In this document: piece after piece, positions 42,637 to 52,093 of the stretch
Layout: each line of letters begins with the position of its first letter
Position numbering within the stretch: the stretch's first letter is position 1
NCBI GenBank assembly: GCA_963733325.1
Contig: CAVTCT010000006.1
Span: 141,744 to 205,743, forward strand
DNA from: an uncultured Acidobacteriaceae bacterium
GTDB taxonomy: Bacteria; Acidobacteriota; Terriglobia; Terriglobales; Acidobacteriaceae
Length of the DNA stretch: 64,000 nucleotides
Reading direction: 5' to 3'
Program-made: the position numbers and the translations under genes
The notes under the pieces: model-generated
Told to the model about the DNA's origin: nothing
Database searches by the model: none
Seen by the model: only the letters and a program-made list of their open reading frames with translations

Positions 42637-42728
42637 AACCAAGAACTCAATATTCATTTTTTTGGTGCGATTTAACCAGATGAATGACTGCGGTTTTCCG
42701 AAGCGCAGAATCTCAGCCCAGTTCAAAA

Positions 42729-43837
42729 CTAGAGGCTAGGAGTATGGTTGTCGTTTGCTTTGGCGGTCCATATGAAGGGCTTTGGGTTCTTGTTGTGGGC
42801 GTCGATGTAGTCGCCGATGGCGGTGATGAGTTGTTCCAGATCCTGGAAGACGCCGCGGCGGATGCGGTTTGTGGTGAGGTCGCGGAAGAAACGTTCGATC
42901 ATGTTGAGCCATGAGGCCGAAGTTGGCGTGAAGCGAACGTGGAAGCGTTTGTGGTTTTGCAGCCAGCGTTGAACATGCGCATGTTTGTGCGTCGCGTAGT
43001 TGTCGCAGATAAGATAAATTTGCTTGCGCGGCCGGAACGGTCTGGTCGATCATGCGCAGAAAGCGGAGCCATTCCTGATGGCGATGCGTCTGCTGGCACA
43101 GGCCGTAGACTTCTCCGGTTGGCCGTATGAGAGCGGCGAACAGCGTGGTCGTGCCGTTGCGCTTATAGTCGTGCGTCATGGTAGCGCCGCGGCCCTTCTT
43201 CATTGGCAAGCCGGGCTGTGTGCGGTCCAGCGCCTGTATCTGGCTCTTCTCGTCCACGCTCAACACCAGTGCATGCTCGGGCGGGTTCAAATACAGCCCA
43301 ACGATGGCTTCCAGCTTCTCGGCGAACTGCGGGTCGTTGCTGACCTTGAAGCTCTCCACACGATGCGGCTTCAAGCCGCTGGCGCGCCAGATGCGTGACA
43401 CCGACGCCTTGGAGATGCCCATCTCTCGCGCCATCGTGCGCGTAGACCACTGTGTGGCATTGAGGGAATGCTCTGGGTGGTCTTTTCGATCAGAGCAGGC
43501 ACTGAGAAATCGTCGGAGTGCGGCCAGGCCGAGGCGCATCTTGCAACAGGCCTTCAATGCCAAGCTCAATAAACCGGCCCCGCCAAGCGCTGCCATGCGC
43601 GGAGCACATTCAGCGCTGCTGCAATCTGCTTATTCTGGAACCCTTCGGAAGCCAACAGCACGATGCGGCTGCGCAAAACAACACGCGCCTGGTGTCGAGC
43701 GCCCACGGGACTGCTGCTCCAGACTTCGACGGACTTCTTCGCTAAGAACAAGGGATGCGCACACGCATATCGAGGTCTCCTCATCATAAGAGAAGACTCG
43801 ATCCATAAATGATTCTATTAATGAGACACTACACTAG
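42729..43837 (-). mobile_element. IS630-family insertion sequence, disrupted and 3'-truncated
   Basis: [47 protein letters not shown] in several frames; end sequence CTAGTGTAGTGTCTCATT near 43837. Confidence 0.9.
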
Positions 43838-43844
43838 CGGCTAT

Positions 43845-43955
43845 AGCAGTTTCGGAATTGGTGTAGACCGAAAGCACGCACTTAAGTGGCTTTTTCATCA
43901 AGAAAAAGCCACTTTCCATGGCGCTCAAAAAGTCTACGTGTATTCCGAAACTGCT
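43845..43955. mobile_element. 111-bp MITE-like element
   Basis: 14-bp perfect inverted termini AGCAGTTTCGGAAT / ATTCCGAAACTGCT, inner GTAGAC/GTCTAC, and 13-bp hairpin at 43884-43914. Confidence 0.6.
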
Positions 43956-43969
43956 TAAGAAGCTGTTTT

Positions 43970-44985
43970 TCAGATCTCCCAGCGCAACAGAGCGGTGCCC
44001 ACGGTAAATCCGGCACCCACAGCTGCGATCAGCACCAGGTCGCCCTTCTTCAGCTTCCCTTCTTCGACTGCCGTTTCCATGGCCAGCGGAATCGTTCCCG
44101 CCGAGGTATTCCCGTACTTCTCAATATTGATGATCACGCGATCTGCCGGCATGCCCAGGCGGTCTGCGGTCGATGTGATGATGCGCTTGTTGGCCTGGTG
44201 CGGAATGAAGCAACCGAGGTCTGAGCCCGTCACTCCATTGCGCTCCAGCAGCTTCGTTGTGGCTTCGGCCATTTTGCGCACGGCAAACTTGTAGACGGCC
44301 TGCCCATCCTGATGGATAAAGTGCATCTTCTTGTCGATGGTCTCGTGCGTCGGCGGATTGAGGCTGCCGCCTGCGGGCAGGTTCAGCGAAACGCCGCCCG
44401 ATCCGTCGATCTCGTGCACAAAGTCGATCATGCCGATTTCGCCCTCTTCCGCAGGCTCGATCAGCACGGCACCGCCGCCATCGCCGAAGAGCACGCAGGT
44501 GGCGCGATCGGTGTAGTCGGTCATCCTGGTGTTGGCATCGGCTCCGCAGACGAGAACCTTGGATTGGGCTCCGCTTTCAACGAGCTTCACGCCCGCCTGA
44601 AGTGCGAACACAAAGCCCGAGCATCCCGCCGAAACGTCGAATCCCCAAGCACCCTTCGCGCCGATCTTGTCCTGCACAAGGCAGGCGGTGGAGGGAAACA
44701 TCATGTCGGGCGTAACGGTGCCGACGATGATGACTTCAACTTCGCTGGGCTCGATGCCGCGCGCTGCCAGGCACTTCTTCGCGGCTTCAACGCAGATGTC
44801 GCTCACGCCTTGCCTTGGGCGAGCACATGGCGCTCGCGAATGCCGGTGCGTTCCACGATCCACTGATCGTTGGTGTCTACCATTTTTTCAAGGTCTTGAT
44901 TGGTAAGAACTTTCGGGGGGACGTAAGTTCCGAGGGCGCTGATCTTGGCGCGCCTGCCCACCACGGGACGCACGGCGAGGCTCAA
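43970..44985 (-). CDS. fabH: 3-oxoacyl-ACP synthase III (frameshift near 44815)
   Basis: [37 protein letters not shown]; TTG start with GGAG SD. Confidence 0.93.
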
Positions 44986-45092
44986 TTCATTTCTCCTTGC
45001 GGCACGAGATCCGGAGACCACGGCTCGCGCTCAACTCTAAAAACGGATCTTTGGTACGCCTGAACCGCGGCCAGGCACCACCTCGACCAAAG

Positions 45093-45111
45093 AAAAAAGC
45101 GCCGATGGCGC
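45093..45111 (-). terminator. terminator of the SRP RNA
   Basis: Minus strand GCGCC-ATC-GGCGC-TTTTTT. Confidence 0.65.
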
Positions 45112-45116
45112 AAAAA

Positions 45117-45213
45117 GTACCGGGTGACCTACTGCGCCCGTACTAGCCCGTTACCGTTGCTTCCTTCCGGACCTGGCGGGATTGGCGGGATTACGTCGCG
45201 TAGGACCCGGCAC
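45117..45213 (-). ncRNA. ffs: signal recognition particle RNA (small bacterial type, 4.5S)
   Basis: Minus strand GTGCCGGG...CCAGGTCCGGAAGGAAGCAACGG...CCCGGTAC: domain IV motif with GGAA loop and paired ends, ~97 nt. Confidence 0.93.
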
Positions 45214-45219
45214 TGATCG

Positions 45220-45228
45220 ATTTTAACA
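45220..45228 (-). promoter_or_regulatory. extended -10 promoter of ffs
   Basis: Minus strand TG-T-TAAAAT about 6 nt upstream of the RNA 5' end. Confidence 0.65.
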
Positions 45229-45314
45229 TCTGAGAGCCTCAAGGCTAAGTCGGACGGAAATACGCCCGCCAATTGGCGGAGCGCAGTAGAATTGGCGCCA
45301 CGGAGCCTATCACA

Positions 45315-46166
45315 ATGCTGAAGCGTATCCTTCCCGCCTGCGCGATGCTCCTTCTTGCCTGTCTGTCGGAGTTTGCTCACAGCCAGAGCACTGCTCCAGT
45401 CCCAGAGACTACGCTCGCGCCAGAGCAGCAGCAGAAACTAGATGTGGCTAACAGGCTGTTCCAGTCCGGGCAGTATGCCGACGCCGTCAGCCATTACAAA
45501 CAATTACTCGGCGAGGTTGATGCCTCCAACCCGCAGCACAACTTGATCGCCAAGTTTGCTTGCGAATCGGCCCTCAATATCGGAGAGAACAGCTTCGTTC
45601 TCGACACTCTTCGTCCTATGGAGACAGCCGACCCCAACGACTGGCAGGCCGCAGCATTGCTCGCTCGCCTTTATACTCAAACCGGCCAAAAGAACCTCCG
45701 CGACTCCGAACTCGCGCGTCTCGTGGATCTGCATCGGCGCGCTGCATCTCCGCAGATTGCAAAGCTGCAACAGATTCCACTGGAGACCGTCCCTTTCTCG
45801 AGAGGGACAATTCGCATCTTCTTCTCACTGGAGCCGTGGAGCAGGTTCAATATCTATCTGATGTCACGGGTGTATGACCTGTCCGGGAAGCAGGTGTATC
45901 GAATCACTCTCGAAAGCGCCGATTTCGATCAGCCAAACTTTGCAAAGGAGCACCCCGATCTTGCCGCCAAGGGAGTTCGCATGTTCTCTCTCGATGGCTA
46001 TGGACCCGACATCCAGCTGGCGAACGGCCAGACTACGCAGAACCACTCAACTTTTGGTTTTTACAGTGGCAGGCCGGAATACGATACCTACCGGGCGCGC
46101 GTGCTTGAAATCGCGGAAGGCAAAGCCGCGCCCATGAGCCAGACAACTCACGGGACGCAGCCCTAA
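45315..46166 (+). CDS. exported TPR-like protein
   Basis: Signal peptide (AHS cleavage), helical repeats ANRLFQSGQYADAVSHY / DPNDWQAAALLARLY, unknown C-terminal domain. Confidence 0.75.
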   Translation: MLKRILPACAMLLLACLSEFAHSQSTAPVPETTLAPEQQQKLDVANRLFQSGQYADAVSHYKQLLGEVDASNPQHNLIAKFACESALNIGENSFVLDTLRPMETADPNDWQAAALLARLYTQTGQKNLRDSELARLVDLHRRAASPQIAKLQQIPLETVPFSRGTIRIFFSLEPWSRFNIYLMSRVYDLSGKQVYRITLESADFDQPNFAKEHPDLAAKGVRMFSLDGYGPDIQLANGQTTQNHSTFGFYSGRPEYDTYRARVLEIAEGKAAPMSQTTHGTQP

Positions 46167-46287
46167 GCCGCGGTCCAGTCACTTGGCACAGAATAGCCAT
46201 CCAGTCCCGGATGGGTCTCCGGCCACCTGTCGTTAAATCCTGTACGTAGTGCGATAGAACAGTGAGCGAAGTCTCCCTTCCCACCCG

Positions 46288-46320
46288 TTGGCGGGATTAC
46301 GTCGCGTAGGACCCGGCACT
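46288..46320 (-). repeat. exact 33-bp duplicate of the ffs 5' end (direct repeat of 45182-45214)
   Basis: TTGGCGGGATTACGTCGCGTAGGACCCGGCACT at both sites; followed by a homologous promoter (TG-T-TAGAAT on the minus strand). Confidence 0.92.
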
Positions 46321-46444
46321 AACTGATTCTAACATCCGAAGACCGAGGTGATGGAGGTGGCGCGCACAAGGTTTCCGGTTCTGCCGTCGCAGAAAAATGC
46401 ATCTCATCTAGGCAGAATTGGTCTGGTGGTACAACCTCAAGCAC

Positions 46445-47440
46445 ATGAAAGCGCCGTGGCTCGATATCGCCAAGTTCTTCGCTGTTCTCTCGGGCAGCCT
46501 GCTGCTCAATCTGCCAATTTATCTCTTTAAATACGGCAGCACGGGCCTTATCTCCTTGTGCCTGATCATCAGTTCCATCTACATCGCGGTTGCTGTCCTT
46601 GAGGTGTTTCGTCATTACACGGCCTTCGCAGGTTTCTCGGCAGGCCAGAGTTTCGAGCGGCGTCTCAACATCGCCTTCATACTGACCCTCCCTTTTTTCA
46701 TCGCCAATGTCGCCGACGAGTTTTTTCCCAAGTATGTGTACGGGGGAGCGTTTAGAACCGAGACCTTTGCCGGCGTCGGGGGACTCCAGTTTGGGATGCT
46801 CATCGGACTCCTGATCAACCCGTCGGACGTACGCCTTAAACGTAAGGCGAGGATCGTGCGCAAGCATTGGACCCGGATCGGTCTCGTCCTCGGCGCGGTT
46901 TTTGGAAGCCTGGCATTTCTCGTAAACGGCTTCTCGACCAGAGGGCTGCTTTATGGCCTGGTCGTCACGTTGTCATTCGAGCTTGGCCTTGGCGTCGGAC
47001 TGCTGCTTGGCCACAATGTGAATGGTTGGATTGAAGCGCTCGAGCCGACTTTCAAACTTCTTCATCGGATGGCCCGCACGCTATTTGCGTATGCGGCCGG
47101 CTTCATTGTTATCGTGCTGCTCTTTGCAAGCTTTTTCGGCGCAGCGTGGAAGATTGAAGGGGCCGAATCGTTTCTGGGCGTCTCTGAAAGGCCAACTCTG
47201 ATGACCTTCATCTACTTTTCACTTGTGACCGCAACCACGGTCGGCTACGGCGATATCGCGCCAAGTTCTTTACTCACGCGTGCCCTGACCGGTCTCGAAT
47301 CCATTGTGGCGCTCGCCTGGACGCTGGTGGTCTTTGCCGCGATCTCCGTGCGGTTCGTCGATCCTGCCCACGCGGAGCCAACACAATCGACAACGACGGC
47401 GCGCGAGGAGGAACAAGCTCGGAGTAGAGATGTCGAATGA
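46445..47440 (+). CDS. membrane protein with C-terminal K+ channel pore domain
   Basis: IYFSLVTATTVGYGDIAP selectivity filter; multi-TM N-terminus. Confidence 0.85.
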   Translation: MKAPWLDIAKFFAVLSGSLLLNLPIYLFKYGSTGLISLCLIISSIYIAVAVLEVFRHYTAFAGFSAGQSFERRLNIAFILTLPFFIANVADEFFPKYVYGGAFRTETFAGVGGLQFGMLIGLLINPSDVRLKRKARIVRKHWTRIGLVLGAVFGSLAFLVNGFSTRGLLYGLVVTLSFELGLGVGLLLGHNVNGWIEALEPTFKLLHRMARTLFAYAAGFIVIVLLFASFFGAAWKIEGAESFLGVSERPTLMTFIYFSLVTATTVGYGDIAPSSLLTRALTGLESIVALAWTLVVFAAISVRFVDPAHAEPTQSTTTAREEEQARSRDVE

Positions 47441-47516
47441 TTGCATCCCGCGCTGCGTCAATGCGCTTCTCGCGAGCCCGAGCCCTCGAAAACTCGCTTT
47501 CCTGTAAGATAGAGGA

Positions 47517-49056
47517 GTGAGTAAAGTTCCCCAACCCACGGCTCCTACCGTGGGCTTTATTTCGTTAGGCTGCCCCAAAAACCTGGTCGATTCCGAGGTG
47601 ATGATGGGGCTGCTGGACCGCGGAGGAGCGCGGTTAACCTCTCGCCCCGAAGAGGCGGAGATTCTTGTCGTTAACACCTGCAGTTTCATCGACACCGCCA
47701 AGCAGGAGTCAGTCGACACCATTCTCGAGATGGCGCGCTTCAAAACATCCGGCTCGGCAAAAAGACTGATCGTTGCCGGATGCCTCGTCGAGCGCTACCG
47801 CGACGAAATTCGCAAGAGCATTCCCGAAGTCGATGCGGTTGTCGGCACCGGCGAGCTTGAGTCCATTTTGGAAGCGGCCGGTATCGCCCCACTGCAGTCC
47901 GCTGCCCCGTCGCCGTTCAACATCCTCACCGGCAACGCACAAGCCGAAGTACACACCGGACGCGAAGCCGGCGCAGGAACGCACAAGACCGATTCCCGCC
48001 CCGAGGGCGATCTGCGCGAGAAACAAGGCCGCTTCAGCCGCGAAAAATGGCAGGGCGCGGCACACATGTTGCCTACGTATCTTTACGACGAAGCCACACC
48101 CCGCCTCATCTCCACGGGAAAAACCTCCGCGTACATCAAGATTGCCGAAGGCTGCGATCACCCTTGCACCTTCTGCGTCATTCCGAATCTGCGCGGAAAG
48201 TTCCGCTCGCGGCGCTTTGAGTCTGTGGTCGCCGAAGCGCAACAACTGGTCGCAAGCGGCGTACAGGAGATCACGCTCATCGGCCAGGACACCACCTGCT
48301 ACGGCGAAGACCTTGGCCTGAAAGACGGCCTCGCCCTGCTGCTGGAAGAAATGGCTGAGATCGAAGGCCTGCGCTGGCTGCGGTTCCTCTATGCGTATCC
48401 CAATCGCATCACAGGAAAGCTGCTCGAAACCATCGCGAAGCACGACAACATCTGCAAATACCTCGACGTTCCCCTGCAACACGCATCGCCCGACGTGCTC
48501 AAGCGGATGAAGCGCGGCGCCGGCGCTGACATCTTCCTCAAGACTCTCGAAAAGGTGCGCGCCGCCGTTCCGGGCATTGCCCTGCGCACCTCCTTCATCG
48601 TCGGTTTCCCAGGTGAGTCGCTCCGCGACTTTGAACTCCTGGAGGAGTTCATCAGCCAGGGGAGATTCGACTGGCTCGGCGTGTTCAACTACTCCGATGA
48701 AGAAGGCTCGAAAGCACACGCGCTCGACGCCAAGGTATCCGAAACGCACCATCGAGGCCCGCAAGCGCCGCCTCATGAAGCTGCAGCAGAAAATCTCGAA
48801 GCAGGCAAAGCAGGAATGGGTCGGTCGTGAATTGGTTCTACTGGCCGAAGGCGAGAGCGAAGAGACTCCCATGCTCTGGGAGGGCCGCTCTGAATTCCAC
48901 GCGCCGGAAATCGACGGAAAGGTCTACATTAACGACTTCGGCGACCTGCAGGCCCTCGAGGCCGGCCGCTTCTACCGCGCGGAGATCACTGAAGCGCACG
49001 ACTACGATCTGGTGGCACGCATCGTATCGGGACCGCTCACAGCAGCCCAGCGTTAA
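47517..49056 (+). CDS. rimO: ribosomal protein S12 methylthiotransferase (frameshift near 48740)
   Basis: SLGCPKNLVDSE, NTCSFI, AYIKIAEGCDHPCTFC, APEIDGKVY TRAM domain. Confidence 0.95.
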
Positions 49057-49107
49057 GATGGAGCCGCCTCGTTTTTGGCGGCTTAATCTTCTTCTGCGAG
49101 CTGATAA

Positions 49108-50166
49108 ATGAAAAATCGTGCGGCTCTTTGCGCTGTTCTTGCGGTGTTCGCAACCGGTTTGTATGCGAACGCCCAGGTGGTTACCGGCAAATCTTCCCAA
49201 TTTGCCATCGGCGCCGACGTATCGTTTCTGTCACAGGCCGAGCAAAGCGGGGCCATCTTCAAAGAAAACGGCGTCGCCCGACCGGCACTCGAAATCCTGC
49301 GCGAGCACAGTTACAACTGGATTCGCCTGCGCATCTTCGTCGCTCCAACAAAACTGCCCAATAATCTTGACTACACACTGGCCGCGGCAAAGCAGGCCAA
49401 GGCGATGGGCTTCAAGTTTCTGCTGGATTTCCACTACGCCGACGATTGGGCCGATCCCGGCCATCAACCAACGCCAGTTGCGTGGCAAAGCTACACGCAC
49501 AAGCAGCTTGTGGATGCGGTCTTCGCCTACACCCGCGATACCGTTGCAGCCTTTCGCGACGCCGGCGTAATGCCGGATATGGTGCAGGTGGGCAACGAAG
49601 TTTCAAACGGCATGATGTGGCCCGACGGCAGGCTGCCGGCGAACTGGGACAACTTCGCCGCACTGATGAAAGCGGGTATCGACGGTGTCGGCGCGGGCAG
49701 TGCCGGTCAGGCGCGGCCGCTCATCATGATCCACATCGACAAAGGCGGCGACGTTGCGGCCACCAAGGCATTCTTTGACAAACTCGCGACCTACAACATC
49801 AACTTCGACGTGATCGGCCAGTCATTCTACCCCTGGTGGCAGGGCAGCCTAAACGATCTGCGCACAAACCTCGAAGCCACAATTCGCGCGTACGGCAAAG
49901 ACGTATACGTCGTTGAAACCGCCTACAACTGGGAGCCCGGCGAGTACACCAAACGACCCGGTCCATTTCCCGAGTCTCCCGAAGGCCAGCGTGATTTTCT
50001 CGATGAAATGAACCGGATCGTGATGGAAGCGCCGGGCGGACATGGTAAGGGCATCTTCTGGTGGGAGCCCGCCGTCCAGGGCGGCCTGGTACGGCGCGGC
50101 TTCTTTGACCATAACGGCAACGTGCTCCCCTTAATCAGCGTCTTCGACAGATTCGCACGCGATTAG
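49108..50166 (+). CDS. arabinogalactan endo-1,4-beta-galactanase (GH53)
   Basis: GADVS, NWIRLRIFV, LLDFHYADDWADPG, VQVGNE, VVETAY, FWWEP; signal peptide. Confidence 0.92.
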   Translation: MKNRAALCAVLAVFATGLYANAQVVTGKSSQFAIGADVSFLSQAEQSGAIFKENGVARPALEILREHSYNWIRLRIFVAPTKLPNNLDYTLAAAKQAKAMGFKFLLDFHYADDWADPGHQPTPVAWQSYTHKQLVDAVFAYTRDTVAAFRDAGVMPDMVQVGNEVSNGMMWPDGRLPANWDNFAALMKAGIDGVGAGSAGQARPLIMIHIDKGGDVAATKAFFDKLATYNINFDVIGQSFYPWWQGSLNDLRTNLEATIRAYGKDVYVVETAYNWEPGEYTKRPGPFPESPEGQRDFLDEMNRIVMEAPGGHGKGIFWWEPAVQGGLVRRGFFDHNGNVLPLISVFDRFARD

Positions 50167-50239
50167 CCACACGATCCACCCGGCAAACATCCGACGGGAG
50201 CGTTACGATATCCAAGGAAGCTGAACCCACAGGGTAGCA

Positions 50240-50467
50240 ATGGCACAAAAGAAAAAATCCGCAAAGCTCTTGCATTGCCCCACTTGCGGCATGCTGGTCA
50301 CCGCCAAAGACGAGGACTTCCCTTTCTGCAGCGACCGCTGCCGCAAAATCGACCTTGGCAAGTGGGCGATGGGGGTCTACAAAATCAGTTCACCGGTGCT
50401 GGATCCTGAAGTTCTGGAAGATCTTGGCGAAGTCGGTCGGCAGCGCAGGAGACAGGATGACGAGTAG
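50240..50467 (+). CDS. yacG: DNA gyrase inhibitor YacG
   Basis: CPTCG..FPFCSDRCRKIDLGKWA. Confidence 0.9.
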   Translation: MAQKKKSAKLLHCPTCGMLVTAKDEDFPFCSDRCRKIDLGKWAMGVYKISSPVLDPEVLEDLGEVGRQRRRQDDE

Positions 50468-50972
50468 TCCACAGGCTGCTTCGTCCCCCGTAGCAACGCG
50501 TAAGACTGGGTGGGCCTGGACCGTTGCAACCTTCTTCGGCGCAGGCCTTGGCAAGCCAGGACCCGGAACCTGGGGATCAGTGGCAGCCGTGCTCTTATGG
50601 GGTGCGATCGCTTATCTGTTTCATCCCACGCCTAACGGTCTTTTGCTTGTTGTATTTATCGGAATTGTCCTGTCGATCGCCTTAGGCGTCCCGGCAGCGA
50701 CTATCGCTGCGCGCGAGAGTGGCCGACACGACCCGGGATTCGTGGTTGTCGACGAAGTTGCCGGACAGTGGATTGCCCTGCTCGGCAGTCCGGCTGACTT
50801 GCGCCACGGATTGATCGCGCTCATCCTCTTTCGCTTGTTCGACATCACCAAGCCATTTCCCGCCCGCCAGTTGGAGAGGTTACCAGAAGGTTGGGGGATC
50901 GTCTTCGATGACGTGGCGGCGGGGCTGTATGCTTTGGGAGTGGCGTCGCTGCTCCGCCTGTGGATTCACTGA
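50457..50972 (+). CDS. pgpA: phosphatidylglycerophosphatase A
   Basis: PGTWGS, HDPGFVVVDEVAG, FRLFDITKP, GIVFDDVAAG. Confidence 0.92.
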   Translation: MTSSPQAASSPVATRKTGWAWTVATFFGAGLGKPGPGTWGSVAAVLLWGAIAYLFHPTPNGLLLVVFIGIVLSIALGVPAATIAARESGRHDPGFVVVDEVAGQWIALLGSPADLRHGLIALILFRLFDITKPFPARQLERLPEGWGIVFDDVAAGLYALGVASLLRLWIH

Positions 50973-51016
50973 GAATGGACATGCCGCGTAGTCGCATCCA
51001 ATCCGCACGGGAAGAA

Positions 51017-52033
51017 ATGACGCCTGAGCCGCGCATCGACGAGGTCACGCCGGCGGCAGCACTGCCGTTGGGTGAGGTGGAACTCGTTGGCGCCAATCTC
51101 GGGCCCAATTCCTACGGCCCGCCGGTGGTCGTGGTGGGCACACACCCAGCACAAGTACTCATGAGCCGTCCCGGACGCGTCGCATTCCGGGTCCCGGAGA
51201 ACGCGGTGACAGGCCTCGTTGAGGTCCGGACACCTGCGGGAGTAAGCAACGCTGCTCCGTTGCGCATAGCCCGGGAGCTTTCGAGCGGGTTGCACCCGGT
51301 GACGAACCCCGCCGTGAGCCGCTCGGGAATGATCTATGCCACGATCTCGGGCCAGCGCGGCAAGCAAACGCCGGTTTCGGTGGTACGGGTCAGCCCGGAT
51401 GGACGCGGCACACCCTTCGCCACCGGAATCCTCAACGCCACGGGTCTCGCCTTCAGCCCCGATGGCGACCTTTTTGTAACTTCGCGCGCGGAGGGTAACG
51501 TCTACCGCATCGATGGAGCCGGGGAATCGACCCTCTATGCCGAAGGCATGGGTGTCGCGACCGGCGCAGCATTCGATGGTGGCGGAAATCTCTTTGTGGG
51601 CGATCGCAGCGGAACGATCTTCAAAATCGACCCGCAGCGAAAGATCTTCGTCTATGCCACGCTCGAACCAAGCGTCTCGGCCTATCACCTCGCGGTCGAC
51701 ACCGAGGGAACGCTGTTCGTTACCGGGCCGACGCTTTCTTCCAATGACGCCGTCTGGGCAATCAACACGCACGGCGAGTCACGCGTGTGGTATCGCGGAC
51801 TGGGCAGGCCCCAGGGGCTGGCGATTGCGTCCAACGGAGACATCTACGTGACCGCAAGCCTCCACGGTCGTCGCGGCCTCGTCCACATCACTCCAGGCGG
51901 TGATGCCAACATCGTTGTGGCCGGGGTTAACCTCGCTGGCGTGGCATTCTCACCTCTCGGTACCACAATCTTGGCCGACAACGACGCAGTTTATGATCTG
52001 GAGTTGGGAGTAGAAGGGATGAGTGTCTTCTAG
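51017..52033 (+). CDS. IPT/TIG + beta-propeller (gluconolactonase-like) protein
   Basis: Repeated GLAFSPDGDLFV / GAAFDGGGNLFV blades; lies between pgpA and cinA. Confidence 0.75.
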   Translation: MTPEPRIDEVTPAAALPLGEVELVGANLGPNSYGPPVVVVGTHPAQVLMSRPGRVAFRVPENAVTGLVEVRTPAGVSNAAPLRIARELSSGLHPVTNPAVSRSGMIYATISGQRGKQTPVSVVRVSPDGRGTPFATGILNATGLAFSPDGDLFVTSRAEGNVYRIDGAGESTLYAEGMGVATGAAFDGGGNLFVGDRSGTIFKIDPQRKIFVYATLEPSVSAYHLAVDTEGTLFVTGPTLSSNDAVWAINTHGESRVWYRGLGRPQGLAIASNGDIYVTASLHGRRGLVHITPGGDANIVVAGVNLAGVAFSPLGTTILADNDAVYDLELGVEGMSVF

Positions 52034-52093
52034 CTCCGAATCAAACCCTACGCGACCGTCCAAACCAGAGGCTAGGAGCTGGAAGCCGCTTTC

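Noticed and set aside
46288-46320. Second functional SRP RNA gene
   Set aside because: Only the 5' 33 nt are present; the domain IV motif is missing.
47880-48065. Low-complexity linker insertion in RimO (similar one in the MBL hydrolase, ~18150-18350)
   Set aside because: They look like variable inter-domain linkers with no intein or domain hallmarks.
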